NCBI GenBank assembly: GCA_964489445.1
Contig: CAZAYU010000001.1
Coordinates: forward strand, 375,968-439,967
Direction: 5' to 3'
DNA from: an uncultured Planctomycetia bacterium
GTDB taxonomy: Bacteria; Omnitrophota; Gorgyraeia; Duberdicusellales; 4484-171
DNA length: 64,000 bases
Made by a program: the position numbers and the translations under genes. The notes below the pieces were generated by a model. It was not told where the DNA came from. It saw only the letters and a list, made by a program, of their open reading frames with translations, and did not search any database. Each line of letters opens with the position of its first letter. Position 1 is the stretch's first letter. Shown piece by piece: positions 28,685-39,189 of this stretch.

Positions 28685-30067
28685 TCATTCTGCTTCCACT
28701 TTTAAATCTATCCCCAGTTCTTCTAACTTATCTTCTCCTATCTCAGAAGGGGCACCGCTTAAAGGACAAATACCTTTCTGAGTCTTAGGAAAAGCAATCA
28801 CATCTCTGATACTCTCTGAGCCACTTATAATAGCATACAACCTATCTAACCCAAACGCAATACCTCCGTGTGGTGGAACCCCATATTTAAAAGATTTCAA
28901 TAAAAATCCAAATTTATTTTCCGCTTCTTCTTTAGAAATTCCCAGAATATCAAAAATCCTTTTTTGAATTTCTGCAGAATGGATTCTGATTGACCCACTA
29001 GCCAACTCCGCGCCATTCAAAATAAGATCGTACGAGCGTGACTTTATTTTAGCCGGATCACAATCCAATAAATTCAAATCTCCCTGGCTAGGCGCTGTAA
29101 ATGGATGATGCGAAGATTGCCAACGCTTTTCTTCTTGATTGTATTCAAATAACGGAAAATCAGTAACCCATAAGAATCGATAATCTCCTTCTCCAATATC
29201 TGGTTTATCTATTTTATGTTTGTCGAGAGCGTCTTTATGCGAAATCCTCAAAAAAGGTGTTTTTATCTCGACCTTTAGTACTTCGGAAAAAACTTCAGCA
29301 ATCATTTTCTCAGTTAAGGAAAAAATATCCTCTTCTTCAATAAAAGACATTTCTAAATCTAACTGAGTAAATTCCGGCTGTCGATCTCGCCTTAAATCTT
29401 CATCTCGAAAACATCTTACAATTTGGCAATATTTATCTACTCCTGCAACCATTAATATTTGCTTAAATAATTGAGGAGATTGAGGCAAAGCGTAGAATTT
29501 TCCTCTATTCAGACGGGAAGGCACAAGATAATCTCTCGCTCCTTCCGGCGTTGATTTAGTAAGAAAAGGAGTTTCTATCTCTAGAAATCCTTGTTTACTT
29601 AAAAATTTTCTCAAGCCTTGGTTCAGACTATCTCTTAATATTATTTTCTTTAAAACGCTTTTCCTTCTTAAGTCAAGATAGCGATGAGCTAATCTTACTT
29701 CTTCTGTTATTTCAGAATCCTCTTCAATACTAAACGGTAGATCTTCTGCTTGGCTTAAAATATCCAAATTCTGAGCGCAAACTTCTATCAACCCTGTTGT
29801 TATCTTATGATTTTCCGTTTTTTCCGGGCGTGGACAAACTTTTCCTTTAACACATATTACATCTTCATTACGTAGCTGTTTTGCTAATTCGTACACAGTG
29901 ACTTCCGGTTTAGGAAGAAAAACAACCTGGGTAATCCCGTATCTATCCCGAATATCGATAAAGATTATCTTTCCGTGATCTCTCCGGGCAGCAACCCAAC
30001 CACACAAACTAACCGTTATATCAATATCGTTTTTACTTAATTCACCGCAAGTATTCGTCCTCAACAT
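28685..30067 (-). CDS. aspS: Aspartate-tRNA ligase, bacterial type lacking the GAD domain
   Basis: RDHG, TPEGARDY, LPQSPQ, FRDED, GVPPHGGIAFGLDR. Confidence 0.96.
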   Translation of the reverse strand: MLRTNTCGELSKNDIDITVSLCGWVAARRDHGKIIFIDIRDRYGITQVVFLPKPEVTVYELAKQLRNEDVICVKGKVCPRPEKTENHKITTGLIEVCAQNLDILSQAEDLPFSIEEDSEITEEVRLAHRYLDLRRKSVLKKIILRDSLNQGLRKFLSKQGFLEIETPFLTKSTPEGARDYLVPSRLNRGKFYALPQSPQLFKQILMVAGVDKYCQIVRCFRDEDLRRDRQPEFTQLDLEMSFIEEEDIFSLTEKMIAEVFSEVLKVEIKTPFLRISHKDALDKHKIDKPDIGEGDYRFLWVTDFPLFEYNQEEKRWQSSHHPFTAPSQGDLNLLDCDPAKIKSRSYDLILNGAELASGSIRIHSAEIQKRIFDILGISKEEAENKFGFLLKSFKYGVPPHGGIAFGLDRLYAIISGSESIRDVIAFPKTQKGICPLSGAPSEIGEDKLEELGIDLKVEAE

Positions 30068-31317
30068 TGCTCCACCACCTTACTTTTTATATTTATTTCT
30101 AAGTTGTCCAGCCTAATCTTTTCCTGGGTTGAGTTACTCATATTTTTTAGCACTACACATCCAGTAGCTAATTCTTCTTTTCCCACAATAATCACCCAGG
30201 GAATTTCTTTTTTTTGAGCAATCCTTAGTTGCCCTTTTAATGATTTATTACGATAATCACAATCGCAAGATATTTTGTTATTCCTAATCTTATCCATAAT
30301 ATCAAATGCTGTATCACACGAAAATTCATCAGCTATAGCAATAAATACACTCACTTGCCGTTTGAGGAAAAATTTCTCTGCAGCAATTAGCACTCTCTCA
30401 ACACCCAAGGCAAATCCCACGGCAGGAACATTTTCTCCCCCTAAAGATTCCACTAATCCATTGTATCTACCCCCAGCAGCTATTGCGTCCTGAGACCCCA
30501 ATTGGTCAGATATACACTCAAAAACCATATTTGTGTAATAATCAAGTCCTCGAACTAAAAAAGGAGAATAATTGTACTGTATACCCAAATTATCTAAGTT
30601 AGCAAGTAGAGCTTTGAATCTCTTCAGGCAATTACTACACAAATGACTCTGGCCTAAATCTAGAGAACCTACTATATCTTTGCAACTATTTTTTTTGCAA
30701 TCGAGAACACGTAAGGGGTTAGTGTTAATTCTTCGACAACAATCACCGCAAAGGATGTCTACATTTTTATTAAGGCTGTTCTTTAAGTATTCAGAGAATC
30801 TTTGCTTATCGGAAATGCACCCTAAAGTGTTGATTTTTAAATTAATATTTTTTACACCCAAGCTTTTTAATAACTTCAAACATAAAATAATCATTTCCGT
30901 ATCAAGATAAACACTATCAGAGCCGATTGCTTCAGCACCAACATGATGAAACTGACGAAATCTTCCTTTCTGCGGCCGTTCACCTCTAAACATCGGACCA
31001 ATATAAAAAAATTTATGGAAATCACTTTGTTTGCCTAAGGAATGTTGTAAATAATATCTGACTACACCTGCAGTTCCTTCAGGACGCAAGACAATATCTT
31101 TACCTTCAACTTTAAATATCTGGCGTTCAGCAATATCCGTAACTTCGCCTAATCCACGAACGAACAATCCTTTTTCTTCTAAAATAGGAAGATTGATTTC
31201 TTCATACGCAAATATTTTAAATATTTCTCTTGCCTGAACAAATATTGCCTCTAGCGATTGGCATTGTTCTGAAGAAAAATCTGATGTTCCGCGAACATTT
31301 TTATATTTCTTTTTCAC
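30061..31317 (-). CDS. hisS: Histidine-tRNA ligase
   Basis: LRPEGTA, ERPQKGRFRQF, VRGLDYY, AGGRY. Confidence 0.97.
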   Translation of the reverse strand: MKKKYKNVRGTSDFSSEQCQSLEAIFVQAREIFKIFAYEEINLPILEEKGLFVRGLGEVTDIAERQIFKVEGKDIVLRPEGTAGVVRYYLQHSLGKQSDFHKFFYIGPMFRGERPQKGRFRQFHHVGAEAIGSDSVYLDTEMIILCLKLLKSLGVKNINLKINTLGCISDKQRFSEYLKNSLNKNVDILCGDCCRRINTNPLRVLDCKKNSCKDIVGSLDLGQSHLCSNCLKRFKALLANLDNLGIQYNYSPFLVRGLDYYTNMVFECISDQLGSQDAIAAGGRYNGLVESLGGENVPAVGFALGVERVLIAAEKFFLKRQVSVFIAIADEFSCDTAFDIMDKIRNNKISCDCDYRNKSLKGQLRIAQKKEIPWVIIVGKEELATGCVVLKNMSNSTQEKIRLDNLEINIKSKVVEQC

Positions 31318-31392
31318 TTACTTAAAGCTCCTATTTTTGGGAATGATATATTTCGGGAGGAAAATAAGAGGATACATCCTAGGAAAACACAG

Positions 31393-31665
31393 CTACTTTA
31401 TATTTTTTTTCATTTCCAAGCCAGGCTTGAAAACAACTATAGATCTTTCAGGTATGGGAACCACTTCGCCAGTTTTAGGATTTCGGCCAATCCTTTTTTT
31501 TCGCTTTTTCACTTGAAATACTCCAAAATTCCTTAATTCAACCCTTTTACCATCCTTTAGAGCACCAGAAATAATATCGAAAGTCTTCTGCACTACGTCT
31601 TTAACAACTATTTGCTTTGCCTTCGTATCCTCACAAATTTTTAAAACAATATCCCGCTTTCGCAT
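31393..31665 (-). CDS. HU/IHF family DNA-binding protein
   Basis: VELRNFGVF, GRNPKTGE, VFKPG. Confidence 0.95.
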   Translation of the reverse strand: MRKRDIVLKICEDTKAKQIVVKDVVQKTFDIISGALKDGKRVELRNFGVFQVKKRKKRIGRNPKTGEVVPIPERSIVVFKPGLEMKKNIK

Positions 31666-31688
31666 AAAATTAGTGTATCATTGGCAAA

Positions 31689-34600
31689 TTAAAGTGTCAA
31701 GGACAAGTTTTTCTCGCCTACTGCAGAAATTAATCTTTCCAAAGCATTGCTATCCAGCGATATAGAAAACCTGTTATCTGTTTTTATCTTCAAACTACCC
31801 AGCTTTTGATCCTGTACAGAAAAAAATACCGGTGTTGACCCTCGATGCTCAGAGAGAATGTTTTTTAACTCTTTCAGCGGAACATCTTTATCATTAATAG
31901 CAATGTCCACTTTTTTAATATGATCAATAATTTGCTCTACTGGTATAACTGCAGAAGCTAATATTTTAGAAACTTTATCCTTTGATTCTAATTTTCCTTT
32001 TAAAATTATTACCGCTGCTTCTTTTAATAAGCTAGACACCTCTTCAAAAAGGCGAGGAAAAATAACTACTTCCAAGCCTCCGGTTTCATCTTCGATTTTC
32101 AAGATCGCCATCTGCTCACCTTTACGCCTAGTCGTAATGTTCTTTACCTTCTCAATTATCCCACAGATTAAAACTTCTTCTGTTGTCTGCAGCCTGGGTA
32201 GATTTCCTATCCTTTTTCTTTTAAGGCAATTAACTACTTTAGAATACGATGACAACGGATGCCCGGTTAGATATATACCCAGTAATGATTTTTCAAAATT
32301 TAATATTTGCAAAAGCGGCCACTCCTCAACATCCGGAACATTAACAGACGGCTTTTTTGTGGCAAAAAGCGTTAACTGACTAGGATCGATTTTTGCTGTC
32401 GGCTTATTTAACAAATTATCTAGCATTAGTGCCATTTGAGCTCTTTTTAAGTTAAATCCATCCATGGCTCCTGACTTAATAAGACTTTCTATAACTTTTT
32501 TATTGGCTACTCGCGAATCAACTCGTTCACAAAAATCAAATATATCCTTAAATTCTCTCTCTTTTCTTATTCGAATTATATTATCTAAGGCCACTTTACC
32601 CACATTTTTAATAGCCATTAACCCAAACCGTATATTCTCTTTGTCTGTTACTGTAAAATTAGTAAAACTACTGTTAATATCCGGCGGTGAAACTTTTATA
32701 TTCATCCGCTCAGCTTCCGCAACATACTCGACTACTTTATCAGTATTATTACGTTCACTAGTAAGTAGCGCTGCCATAAATTCAATTGGAAAATTAGCCT
32801 TTAGATAGGCAGTACGATAAGAAATTAAAGCATAGGCGGTTGAGTGGGATTTGTTGAATCCATAGCCAGAAAAGTAATCTATTAAATCAAATATCTGATT
32901 GGCTAAATTAACTGGTATAGTATTCTTCTGGCATCCTTTTAAGAACAAGCTTCTTTGTTGATCCATGATCTCTGGTATTTTTTTACCAATCGCCTTACGC
33001 AAAAGATCAGCCCTCGACATATCAAAGCCCGCTAGCTGAGAGACTATCTGCATAATTTGTTCTTGATAAAGAATAATCCCGTATGTCTTTTTTAACAGCG
33101 GTTCTAACATAGGGTGAATATACGTAATATTTTTCTTTCCCTGTTTCCGGCTAATAAAGTCATCCACCATTCCACTTCCTAACGGCCCCGGACGATAAAG
33201 CGCTAGAACCGCAATTAAATCTTCAAAGACAGTAGGTTTTATTTTCTTTAGAATATCCCTCATCCCTCTACTTTCCAATTGAAAAACACCAACTGTATCT
33301 CCCTTGGCCAGTAAAGAAAATGTCTTTTTGTTCATTAAAGAAATTTTACTAATATCAACATCTATGCCTTGAGTCCGTTTTATAATTTTACTTGTCTCAT
33401 CGATAACCGTAAGAGTTTTCAATCCTAAAAAATCCATTTTTAACAAGCCTGTTTTCTCTAAAGAACTCATATCAAATCCAGTAATCATTTCCCCTTCCGA
33501 ACCCTTTATCAACGGAACCCTTTCAATTAATGGCTTATCGGAGATAACCACACCGGCAGCATGTGTGGAAGCATGACGGGAAAGCCCTTCTAGCTGCATC
33601 GCAACATCTATTAATCGTTTTACTTTTGTGTCGGAATCATACAAGCCGGCAAGTTCCGAGCTTATCGACAAAGCCTTTCTGAGATTAATTTGCTGCCCTG
33701 CGGCAGCAGGAATCATTTTGGCTATTTTATCCACCTCAGAATAGCTTATACCCATAACTCTACCCACATCTCTAATTGCAGCTCTAGCCAACATGGTTCC
33801 GAAAGTAATAATTTGGGCAACATTACTCCTACCATACTTATTTGAAACATACTCTAAAACTTCTGCTCTTTTTTCATAGCAAAAATCAATATCAATATCC
33901 GGCATAGAAATCCGTTCAGGATTCAAGAATCTTTCAAATAGAAGCTCAAAACTTAAAGGATCAACATCAGTAATTCCTAATATATAGCTCACAATGCTTC
34001 CTGCTGCCGACCCTCTACCTGGGCCGACTGGAATATGATTTTCCTTGGCAAACTTTATTAAATCCCAAACTATTATGAAATAACTGGAAAATCCGGTCTT
34101 GCTGATAACTCCCAACTCATATTCTAGCCTATCTTTAACTTTAGAATCGCCTTTAGGATATCTTTTTTCTAGATTTTTGTAACACAATTGTTTCAGGTGG
34201 TCCTTGTCTGTTTCCCCTAAAGGTAAAGGAAAATTAGGAAGATGCATCTTTGAAAAGTCAAGCGTAAGATTACACTTCTGCATAATCTCTAAAGTGCTCT
34301 TTAAGGCTTGGGGGGTATCTTTAAATGTTTCTTTCATTTCCTGAGGAGTCCGAAAATAAAAAGTATCACTACTGAATCTAAACCGATTCGGATCCGAAAG
34401 AGTAGTTTGAGTCTGTATTGCCAAAAGTGCTTCGTGAGCAAATGCTTCATTTTTTTCTAAATAGTGGATATCGTTAGTTGCCACAAGAGGAATGTCTAAA
34501 TCCCGAGATATTTTAAGAAGGTTTTTATTTATCTTTTTCTGTTCTGTTAACCCATTTTCCATGATTTCCAGATAAAAATTACCTTTACCAAAAATATTTA

Positions 34601-35096
34601 AATATTCATCAGACAACTTATAGGCCTGTTTTAAATCATTATTCAAAATACTGGCTGGAATTTCACCTTTAAGACACGCACTTAATGCTATAAGACCTTC
34701 GCTATAGGCAGAAAGAATTTCCTTATCCACCCTTGGCTTATAATAAAATCCCTCCATATTCGCTAAGCTCACTAATCGTATAAGATTAGCATACCCTTGA
34801 TTATTTTTAACTAAAAGAATAAGATGATAATTGTTATCCGAGCTTGACCGATGCTCTTTGTCAAAACGTGAATTCTTCGCTACATACACTTCGCAGCCAA
34901 TTATCGGTTTAATCCCCTTTTTTAAGCAAAGCGTGTAGAATTTTATTGCTCCAAATAAATTACCATGATCAGTAATGGCAAGAGCCGGCATTTTACAAGC
35001 AACCGCTTTATCGACCAGTCTTTCCAAAAGACAAGCCCCGTCTAAAAGGCTATACTGGGTATGAACGTGCAAGTGGACAAAATCAGAATGCACCAT
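31689..35096 (-). CDS. dnaE: DNA polymerase III alpha subunit
   Basis: PHP motif HLHVHTQYSLLDG, GPGRGSAAGS, PDIDID, KMDFLGL, YGFNKSH. Confidence 0.98.
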   Translation of the reverse strand: MVHSDFVHLHVHTQYSLLDGACLLERLVDKAVACKMPALAITDHGNLFGAIKFYTLCLKKGIKPIIGCEVYVAKNSRFDKEHRSSSDNNYHLILLVKNNQGYANLIRLVSLANMEGFYYKPRVDKEILSAYSEGLIALSACLKGEIPASILNNDLKQAYKLSDEYLNIFGKGNFYLEIMENGLTEQKKINKNLLKISRDLDIPLVATNDIHYLEKNEAFAHEALLAIQTQTTLSDPNRFRFSSDTFYFRTPQEMKETFKDTPQALKSTLEIMQKCNLTLDFSKMHLPNFPLPLGETDKDHLKQLCYKNLEKRYPKGDSKVKDRLEYELGVISKTGFSSYFIIVWDLIKFAKENHIPVGPGRGSAAGSIVSYILGITDVDPLSFELLFERFLNPERISMPDIDIDFCYEKRAEVLEYVSNKYGRSNVAQIITFGTMLARAAIRDVGRVMGISYSEVDKIAKMIPAAAGQQINLRKALSISSELAGLYDSDTKVKRLIDVAMQLEGLSRHASTHAAGVVISDKPLIERVPLIKGSEGEMITGFDMSSLEKTGLLKMDFLGLKTLTVIDETSKIIKRTQGIDVDISKISLMNKKTFSLLAKGDTVGVFQLESRGMRDILKKIKPTVFEDLIAVLALYRPGPLGSGMVDDFISRKQGKKNITYIHPMLEPLLKKTYGIILYQEQIMQIVSQLAGFDMSRADLLRKAIGKKIPEIMDQQRSLFLKGCQKNTIPVNLANQIFDLIDYFSGYGFNKSHSTAYALISYRTAYLKANFPIEFMAALLTSERNNTDKVVEYVAEAERMNIKVSPPDINSSFTNFTVTDKENIRFGLMAIKNVGKVALDNIIRIRKEREFKDIFDFCERVDSRVANKKVIESLIKSGAMDGFNLKRAQMALMLDNLLNKPTAKIDPSQLTLFATKKPSVNVPDVEEWPLLQILNFEKSLLGIYLTGHPLSSYSKVVNCLKRKRIGNLPRLQTTEEVLICGIIEKVKNITTRRKGEQMAILKIEDETGGLEVVIFPRLFEEVSSLLKEAAVIILKGKLESKDKVSKILASAVIPVEQIIDHIKKVDIAINDKDVPLKELKNILSEHRGSTPVFFSVQDQKLGSLKIKTDNRFSISLDSNALERLISAVGEKNLSLTL

Positions 35097-35240
35097 AATT
35101 TATTTAGTTTTAAATTTTAAACCTTAAGGATAAATAATAAGTTGATAGAATACTATAAAATGCTTAATACTTACAAAAAACAAAAGTTTAAAAAAGTGGG
35201 GAAACAATTTAGAAAATGCTTTAACTTACTTAAACTTATA

Positions 35241-36782
35241 CTATTCCCATTCAATAGTTGCCGGTGGTTTTGAACTTATATCAAGAACGACCCTGTTAAC
35301 CCCTCTTACCTTGTTGATAATTGAACTGGAAATATCATTCAAGATATCATAAGGTATCTTTGCCCAGTCAGCAGTCATCCCGTCCAAGCTAGTAACCGCA
35401 CGTATTGCTATTACATGTTCATAAGTTCGCTTATCTCCCATAACTCCCACTGTTTTTAACGGTAACAAGACACAAAACACCTGCCAAATATCATTATACA
35501 GACCATATTTTTTTATGACTTTATCTAAAATAAAATCTGCCTCTCTTAAAATCTTTAATCTGCCAATAGTTATCTCGCCAATAATTCTTACCCCCAAACC
35601 AGGACCAGGAAAAGGATGACGGTTGATTATGCTTTCTGGAAGACCTAAAATGCTAGCTATTTCTCGAACTTCATCTTTAAAAAGCTGCCTGTACGGTTCG
35701 ATTAACGTTAATTTCATTTTTTCCGGAAGGCCTCCGACGTTGTGATGAGATTTAATTCGATGCGTTGGCCCACCAAAAAAAGGAACTGACTCGATAACAT
35801 CAGGATAAAGAGTTCCTTGGGCAAGAAACTTAGCATTCTTAACTTTTTTTGCCTCTTCGTCAAACACTTTGATAAAATTATGACCAATTATTTTCCGCTT
35901 CTCTTCCGGGTCGCTAATATTTTTTAAACTAGAAAGGAAAAGCTTCGAAGCATTAACGTAATCTAAATTAATTTTAAAGTTTCCTTGAAAAATCTTAACT
36001 ACTTTTTCTGCCTCTCTCTTCCTCAATAAACCATTATTAACAAAGATGCATTTGAGCTGTCTTCCTATAGCTTTGTGCAGTAAAACCGCCAAAGCTGAAG
36101 AATCAACCCCTCCGCTTAAGCCACAAATGACTGTTTTTTTTCCAATTTGTTTTTTTATCTTTTTTACTTCTTCGGAAATAAAATCATCCAGCTGCCAATT
36201 CGCAAAACAATTGCTGATTCTAAATAAGAAATTAGAAATAATCTGCAATCCTGATTCCGTATGAACCACTTCCGGATGAAATTGTACTCCATAAATCTTT
36301 CTTTTACAGTCAGCAATTGACGCAAATTGAGTATTCAGTGTATGCGAAAGAACCTTAAAACCTTTGGGTAAATCAACGACTTTATCAGTATGGCTCATCC
36401 AGGAAATAAACTTAGCCGGTAAAGAAAAAAATAAATCCCGGTGATCATCAATATACATTTGCGCCTGTCCGTATTCCCTTTTTTTTGATTCTTTTACTTT
36501 TCCTCCTAAAGTTTTTACTAAAATTTGCATTCCATAGCAAATACCTAAAATCGGAATTCCTAAGGACAAAATTTCTTTGTTTAACGAAGGAGCATTTTTT
36601 TCATAGACACTATAGGGACCTCCAGAAAGAATAATTGCTTTAGGTTTGATTTTGATTATTTTCTCAAAAGCAACCTCGCAAGATTCGATGACACTAAACA
36701 CTTTTAGCTGCCTGATTCTTCGGGCAATAAGCTGTGTATACTGTGAGCCAAAATCAAGAATTAATACTGTATCTTTCTTCAT
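35241..36782 (-). CDS. guaA: GMP synthase (glutamine-hydrolysing)
   Basis: [40 protein letters not shown]. Confidence 0.98.
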   Translation of the reverse strand: MKKDTVLILDFGSQYTQLIARRIRQLKVFSVIESCEVAFEKIIKIKPKAIILSGGPYSVYEKNAPSLNKEILSLGIPILGICYGMQILVKTLGGKVKESKKREYGQAQMYIDDHRDLFFSLPAKFISWMSHTDKVVDLPKGFKVLSHTLNTQFASIADCKRKIYGVQFHPEVVHTESGLQIISNFLFRISNCFANWQLDDFISEEVKKIKKQIGKKTVICGLSGGVDSSALAVLLHKAIGRQLKCIFVNNGLLRKREAEKVVKIFQGNFKINLDYVNASKLFLSSLKNISDPEEKRKIIGHNFIKVFDEEAKKVKNAKFLAQGTLYPDVIESVPFFGGPTHRIKSHHNVGGLPEKMKLTLIEPYRQLFKDEVREIASILGLPESIINRHPFPGPGLGVRIIGEITIGRLKILREADFILDKVIKKYGLYNDIWQVFCVLLPLKTVGVMGDKRTYEHVIAIRAVTSLDGMTADWAKIPYDILNDISSSIINKVRGVNRVVLDISSKPPATIEWE

Positions 36783-36932
36783 CTTACTCTTTCCCTTTTA
36801 TCCTCTTTTCTCTCATCCTTTCGTCTTTTCATCTATCGTGCCTCGGAACGTTGCGTCTCTTTTCAATTTCCCCTTAATCCATAATCCTTACCGCTTAATC
36901 TTAACCTCAACCTAATCTTTAGCCTTTCTCAT

Positions 36933-38093
36933 CTACTTACCCATCCCCACCCGCTGGGTAGCCTGAAACACTTTGCCTTCTGTCTGGATAGAAGGAGCGA
37001 TTATAATCTCCACATAATGCATATCATTGATAGTTTTTGCTCCTAAAGAGCCCATAGACGTAGTAAGAGCGCCCATGAGATTCTGAGAACCGTCATCAAC
37101 TGTAGCTGGACCAAAAAGAATTTGCTCTAGGCTACCGGTTACTCCCACGTTAATTCTGGTTCCCCTCGGTAAATTACCATGAGAAGTAGCCATCCCCCAG
37201 TGAAATCCCCCGCCGGGAGATTCTTTAGCTCGAGCAAAAGCTGAGCCAATCATTACTGCATCCGCACCACAAGCAAATGCTTTACAAACATCTCCGCCTC
37301 TACTCATTCCTCCGTCCGTAATAATTGACACATATCTTCCTGTTTTTTTATAAAAGAAATCACGAGCATGCGCGCAATCAACAGTAGAAGTAACTTGAGG
37401 AACACCAATGCCTAATACTCCTCTAGTTGTGCAAGCCGCTCCAGGACCAACTCCGACTAAAATCCCTGCGCAGCCTGTTTCAAAAAGCTCTAGTGTTACT
37501 TCATACGTAACGCAATTACCAATGATTACCGGCATTTTAGTTTTTCGACAAAATTTATGCAAATCCAGAGGTTGATATTTTTTAGCAACATGCTTAGCAG
37601 TAGTAACTGTAGATTGGACAACAAAACAATCAGCCCCTGCTTCTTGAGCTATCACTGCAAATTTTTCTGCATTTTGAGGAATACAGCTAACCGCAGCATA
37701 TCCACCACCTTTTTTAATTTCGCTTACTCTCTTGGCAACTAATTTTTCTTTAATCGGCATAGTATATACCTTTTGAATCAAATTAGTAGCTTTTTGCGGT
37801 GAAGCTTTAGCAATCTCTTCTAATACGTCATCCGGGTTCAGATAGCGAGTCTGTACTCCATCTAAATTCAAAACTGCCATCCCACCCAGCCGGGACATCT
37901 CAATGGCAAATTTAACACCTACTACTCCGTCCATTGCCGCTGCAAGTATCGGAACTGGAAAACTTCTCTCACCAAATTTCCAATTAACCTCCACTTCTTC
38001 AGGATTCACAGTAATTCTTCCTGGAGCAAGAGCAATTTCATCAAAACCGTAACATCTACGCGCCCGCCTTCCAATTCCAATCCATTCTGCCAT
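36933..38093 (-). CDS. GuaB3-family IMP dehydrogenase-related protein (no CBS domains)
   Basis: YGFDEIALAP, AMDGVV, GVGPGAACTTR, HWGMAT; adjacent to guaA. Confidence 0.9.
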   Translation of the reverse strand: MAEWIGIGRRARRCYGFDEIALAPGRITVNPEEVEVNWKFGERSFPVPILAAAMDGVVGVKFAIEMSRLGGMAVLNLDGVQTRYLNPDDVLEEIAKASPQKATNLIQKVYTMPIKEKLVAKRVSEIKKGGGYAAVSCIPQNAEKFAVIAQEAGADCFVVQSTVTTAKHVAKKYQPLDLHKFCRKTKMPVIIGNCVTYEVTLELFETGCAGILVGVGPGAACTTRGVLGIGVPQVTSTVDCAHARDFFYKKTGRYVSIITDGGMSRGGDVCKAFACGADAVMIGSAFARAKESPGGGFHWGMATSHGNLPRGTRINVGVTGSLEQILFGPATVDDGSQNLMGALTTSMGSLGAKTINDMHYVEIIIAPSIQTEGKVFQATQRVGMGK

Positions 38094-38175
38094 TATCTTA
38101 CCTCCTTATAGAGTATGCTTGCTAAGCATAAAACACTTTAATCAACATTAAAAAAAAACAGTCATCTACTTATAA

Positions 38176-39183
38176 TCATCCGGAAGCTTCCACAGTAGCA
38201 CTTGAAGATAAATCATTATTGTTTTCTTCTTGCTCGAATCCTTTTAGAAAGCTAGAAATAGCTTTTTCCCGTTCGCTAGAATCCCATGGTTCATTTTTCC
38301 CGGAGAAAGATTCCTGGCCTAGAATATGCTTTGCAAAAATGGTTGCCTGTTCTTTTGCTACTGTAAGCCCTTTGAAGAAATACATTTCTTGATTAGCGCT
38401 AAAATTACCTACTGCCCCTAATAAATATACATCATTCCAATTTGTAAAAAAAACATTATTTACAACAACTTCTTCTTCAAAAAATTTTAGATTAGGACTC
38501 AACCCACTATCCACAAACACTAACTGCGAAGAAAAAACCTTCAGAGGCGATATTTTAACAGCTTTAACAGTTGACTCACCCACTGCTTCTTCCATGGAAG
38601 ACCCAGCATGTAAAATAATATTTTCCTTAGCATCTAACAAATTAATGACCCGTTCTTTGAATTCACCCAAAAAATCTAAATTGGTAAATACTATCCTTAC
38701 TTCTTTTTCCAAAAGCGCTAATGCTAAGCAAAGTTTTACTCCAAGCCAAGTAGAAACTGAAACCGTTACCTCCCGGTAAAGCTTTAGCAGATCAATAATT
38801 ATAAGCGGTTCAAGAGACGAAAGATAAAAAAACCCACCACGATGCTCGCCTTTAAGCGACATTTTTTTAGAAACTAATCCAGATGAGACAACAAGACTTT
38901 CAAAGCTATCAGCCTGCGTATCCCCTTTAAAAAAAATCTTTTTTAGCCGGACATTAACTCTTTCTACTTCTTCATTTACAAATTTTACTTTTTTTTCTTT
39001 TGCCCAATTTTGTAAATTAATCTTATTTTTTATGCCACCAGGTTGAGAAACTAAATCATCACTAGGAAAACAATATTGACGTTTATCAATAATTTTAATG
39101 CCACATTTGTTATTGCTCTTTCTAATTTCTTCAACCAATGCTCTGCCTGCCTCTCCTGCACCTAAAATAGTAATATCATTCAT
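38176..39183 (-). CDS. Divergent FAD-dependent pyridine nucleotide-disulfide oxidoreductase-like protein
   Basis: N-terminal ILGAGEAG dinucleotide motif; later motifs degenerate. Confidence 0.6.
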   Translation of the reverse strand: MNDITILGAGEAGRALVEEIRKSNNKCGIKIIDKRQYCFPSDDLVSQPGGIKNKINLQNWAKEKKVKFVNEEVERVNVRLKKIFFKGDTQADSFESLVVSSGLVSKKMSLKGEHRGGFFYLSSLEPLIIIDLLKLYREVTVSVSTWLGVKLCLALALLEKEVRIVFTNLDFLGEFKERVINLLDAKENIILHAGSSMEEAVGESTVKAVKISPLKVFSSQLVFVDSGLSPNLKFFEEEVVVNNVFFTNWNDVYLLGAVGNFSANQEMYFFKGLTVAKEQATIFAKHILGQESFSGKNEPWDSSEREKAISSFLKGFEQEENNNDLSSSATVEASG

Positions 39184-39189
39184 AAAAAT

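Noticed and set aside
31689-35096. Intein in dnaE
   Set aside because: Length (1135 aa) and motif spacing are normal, with no intein splice motifs
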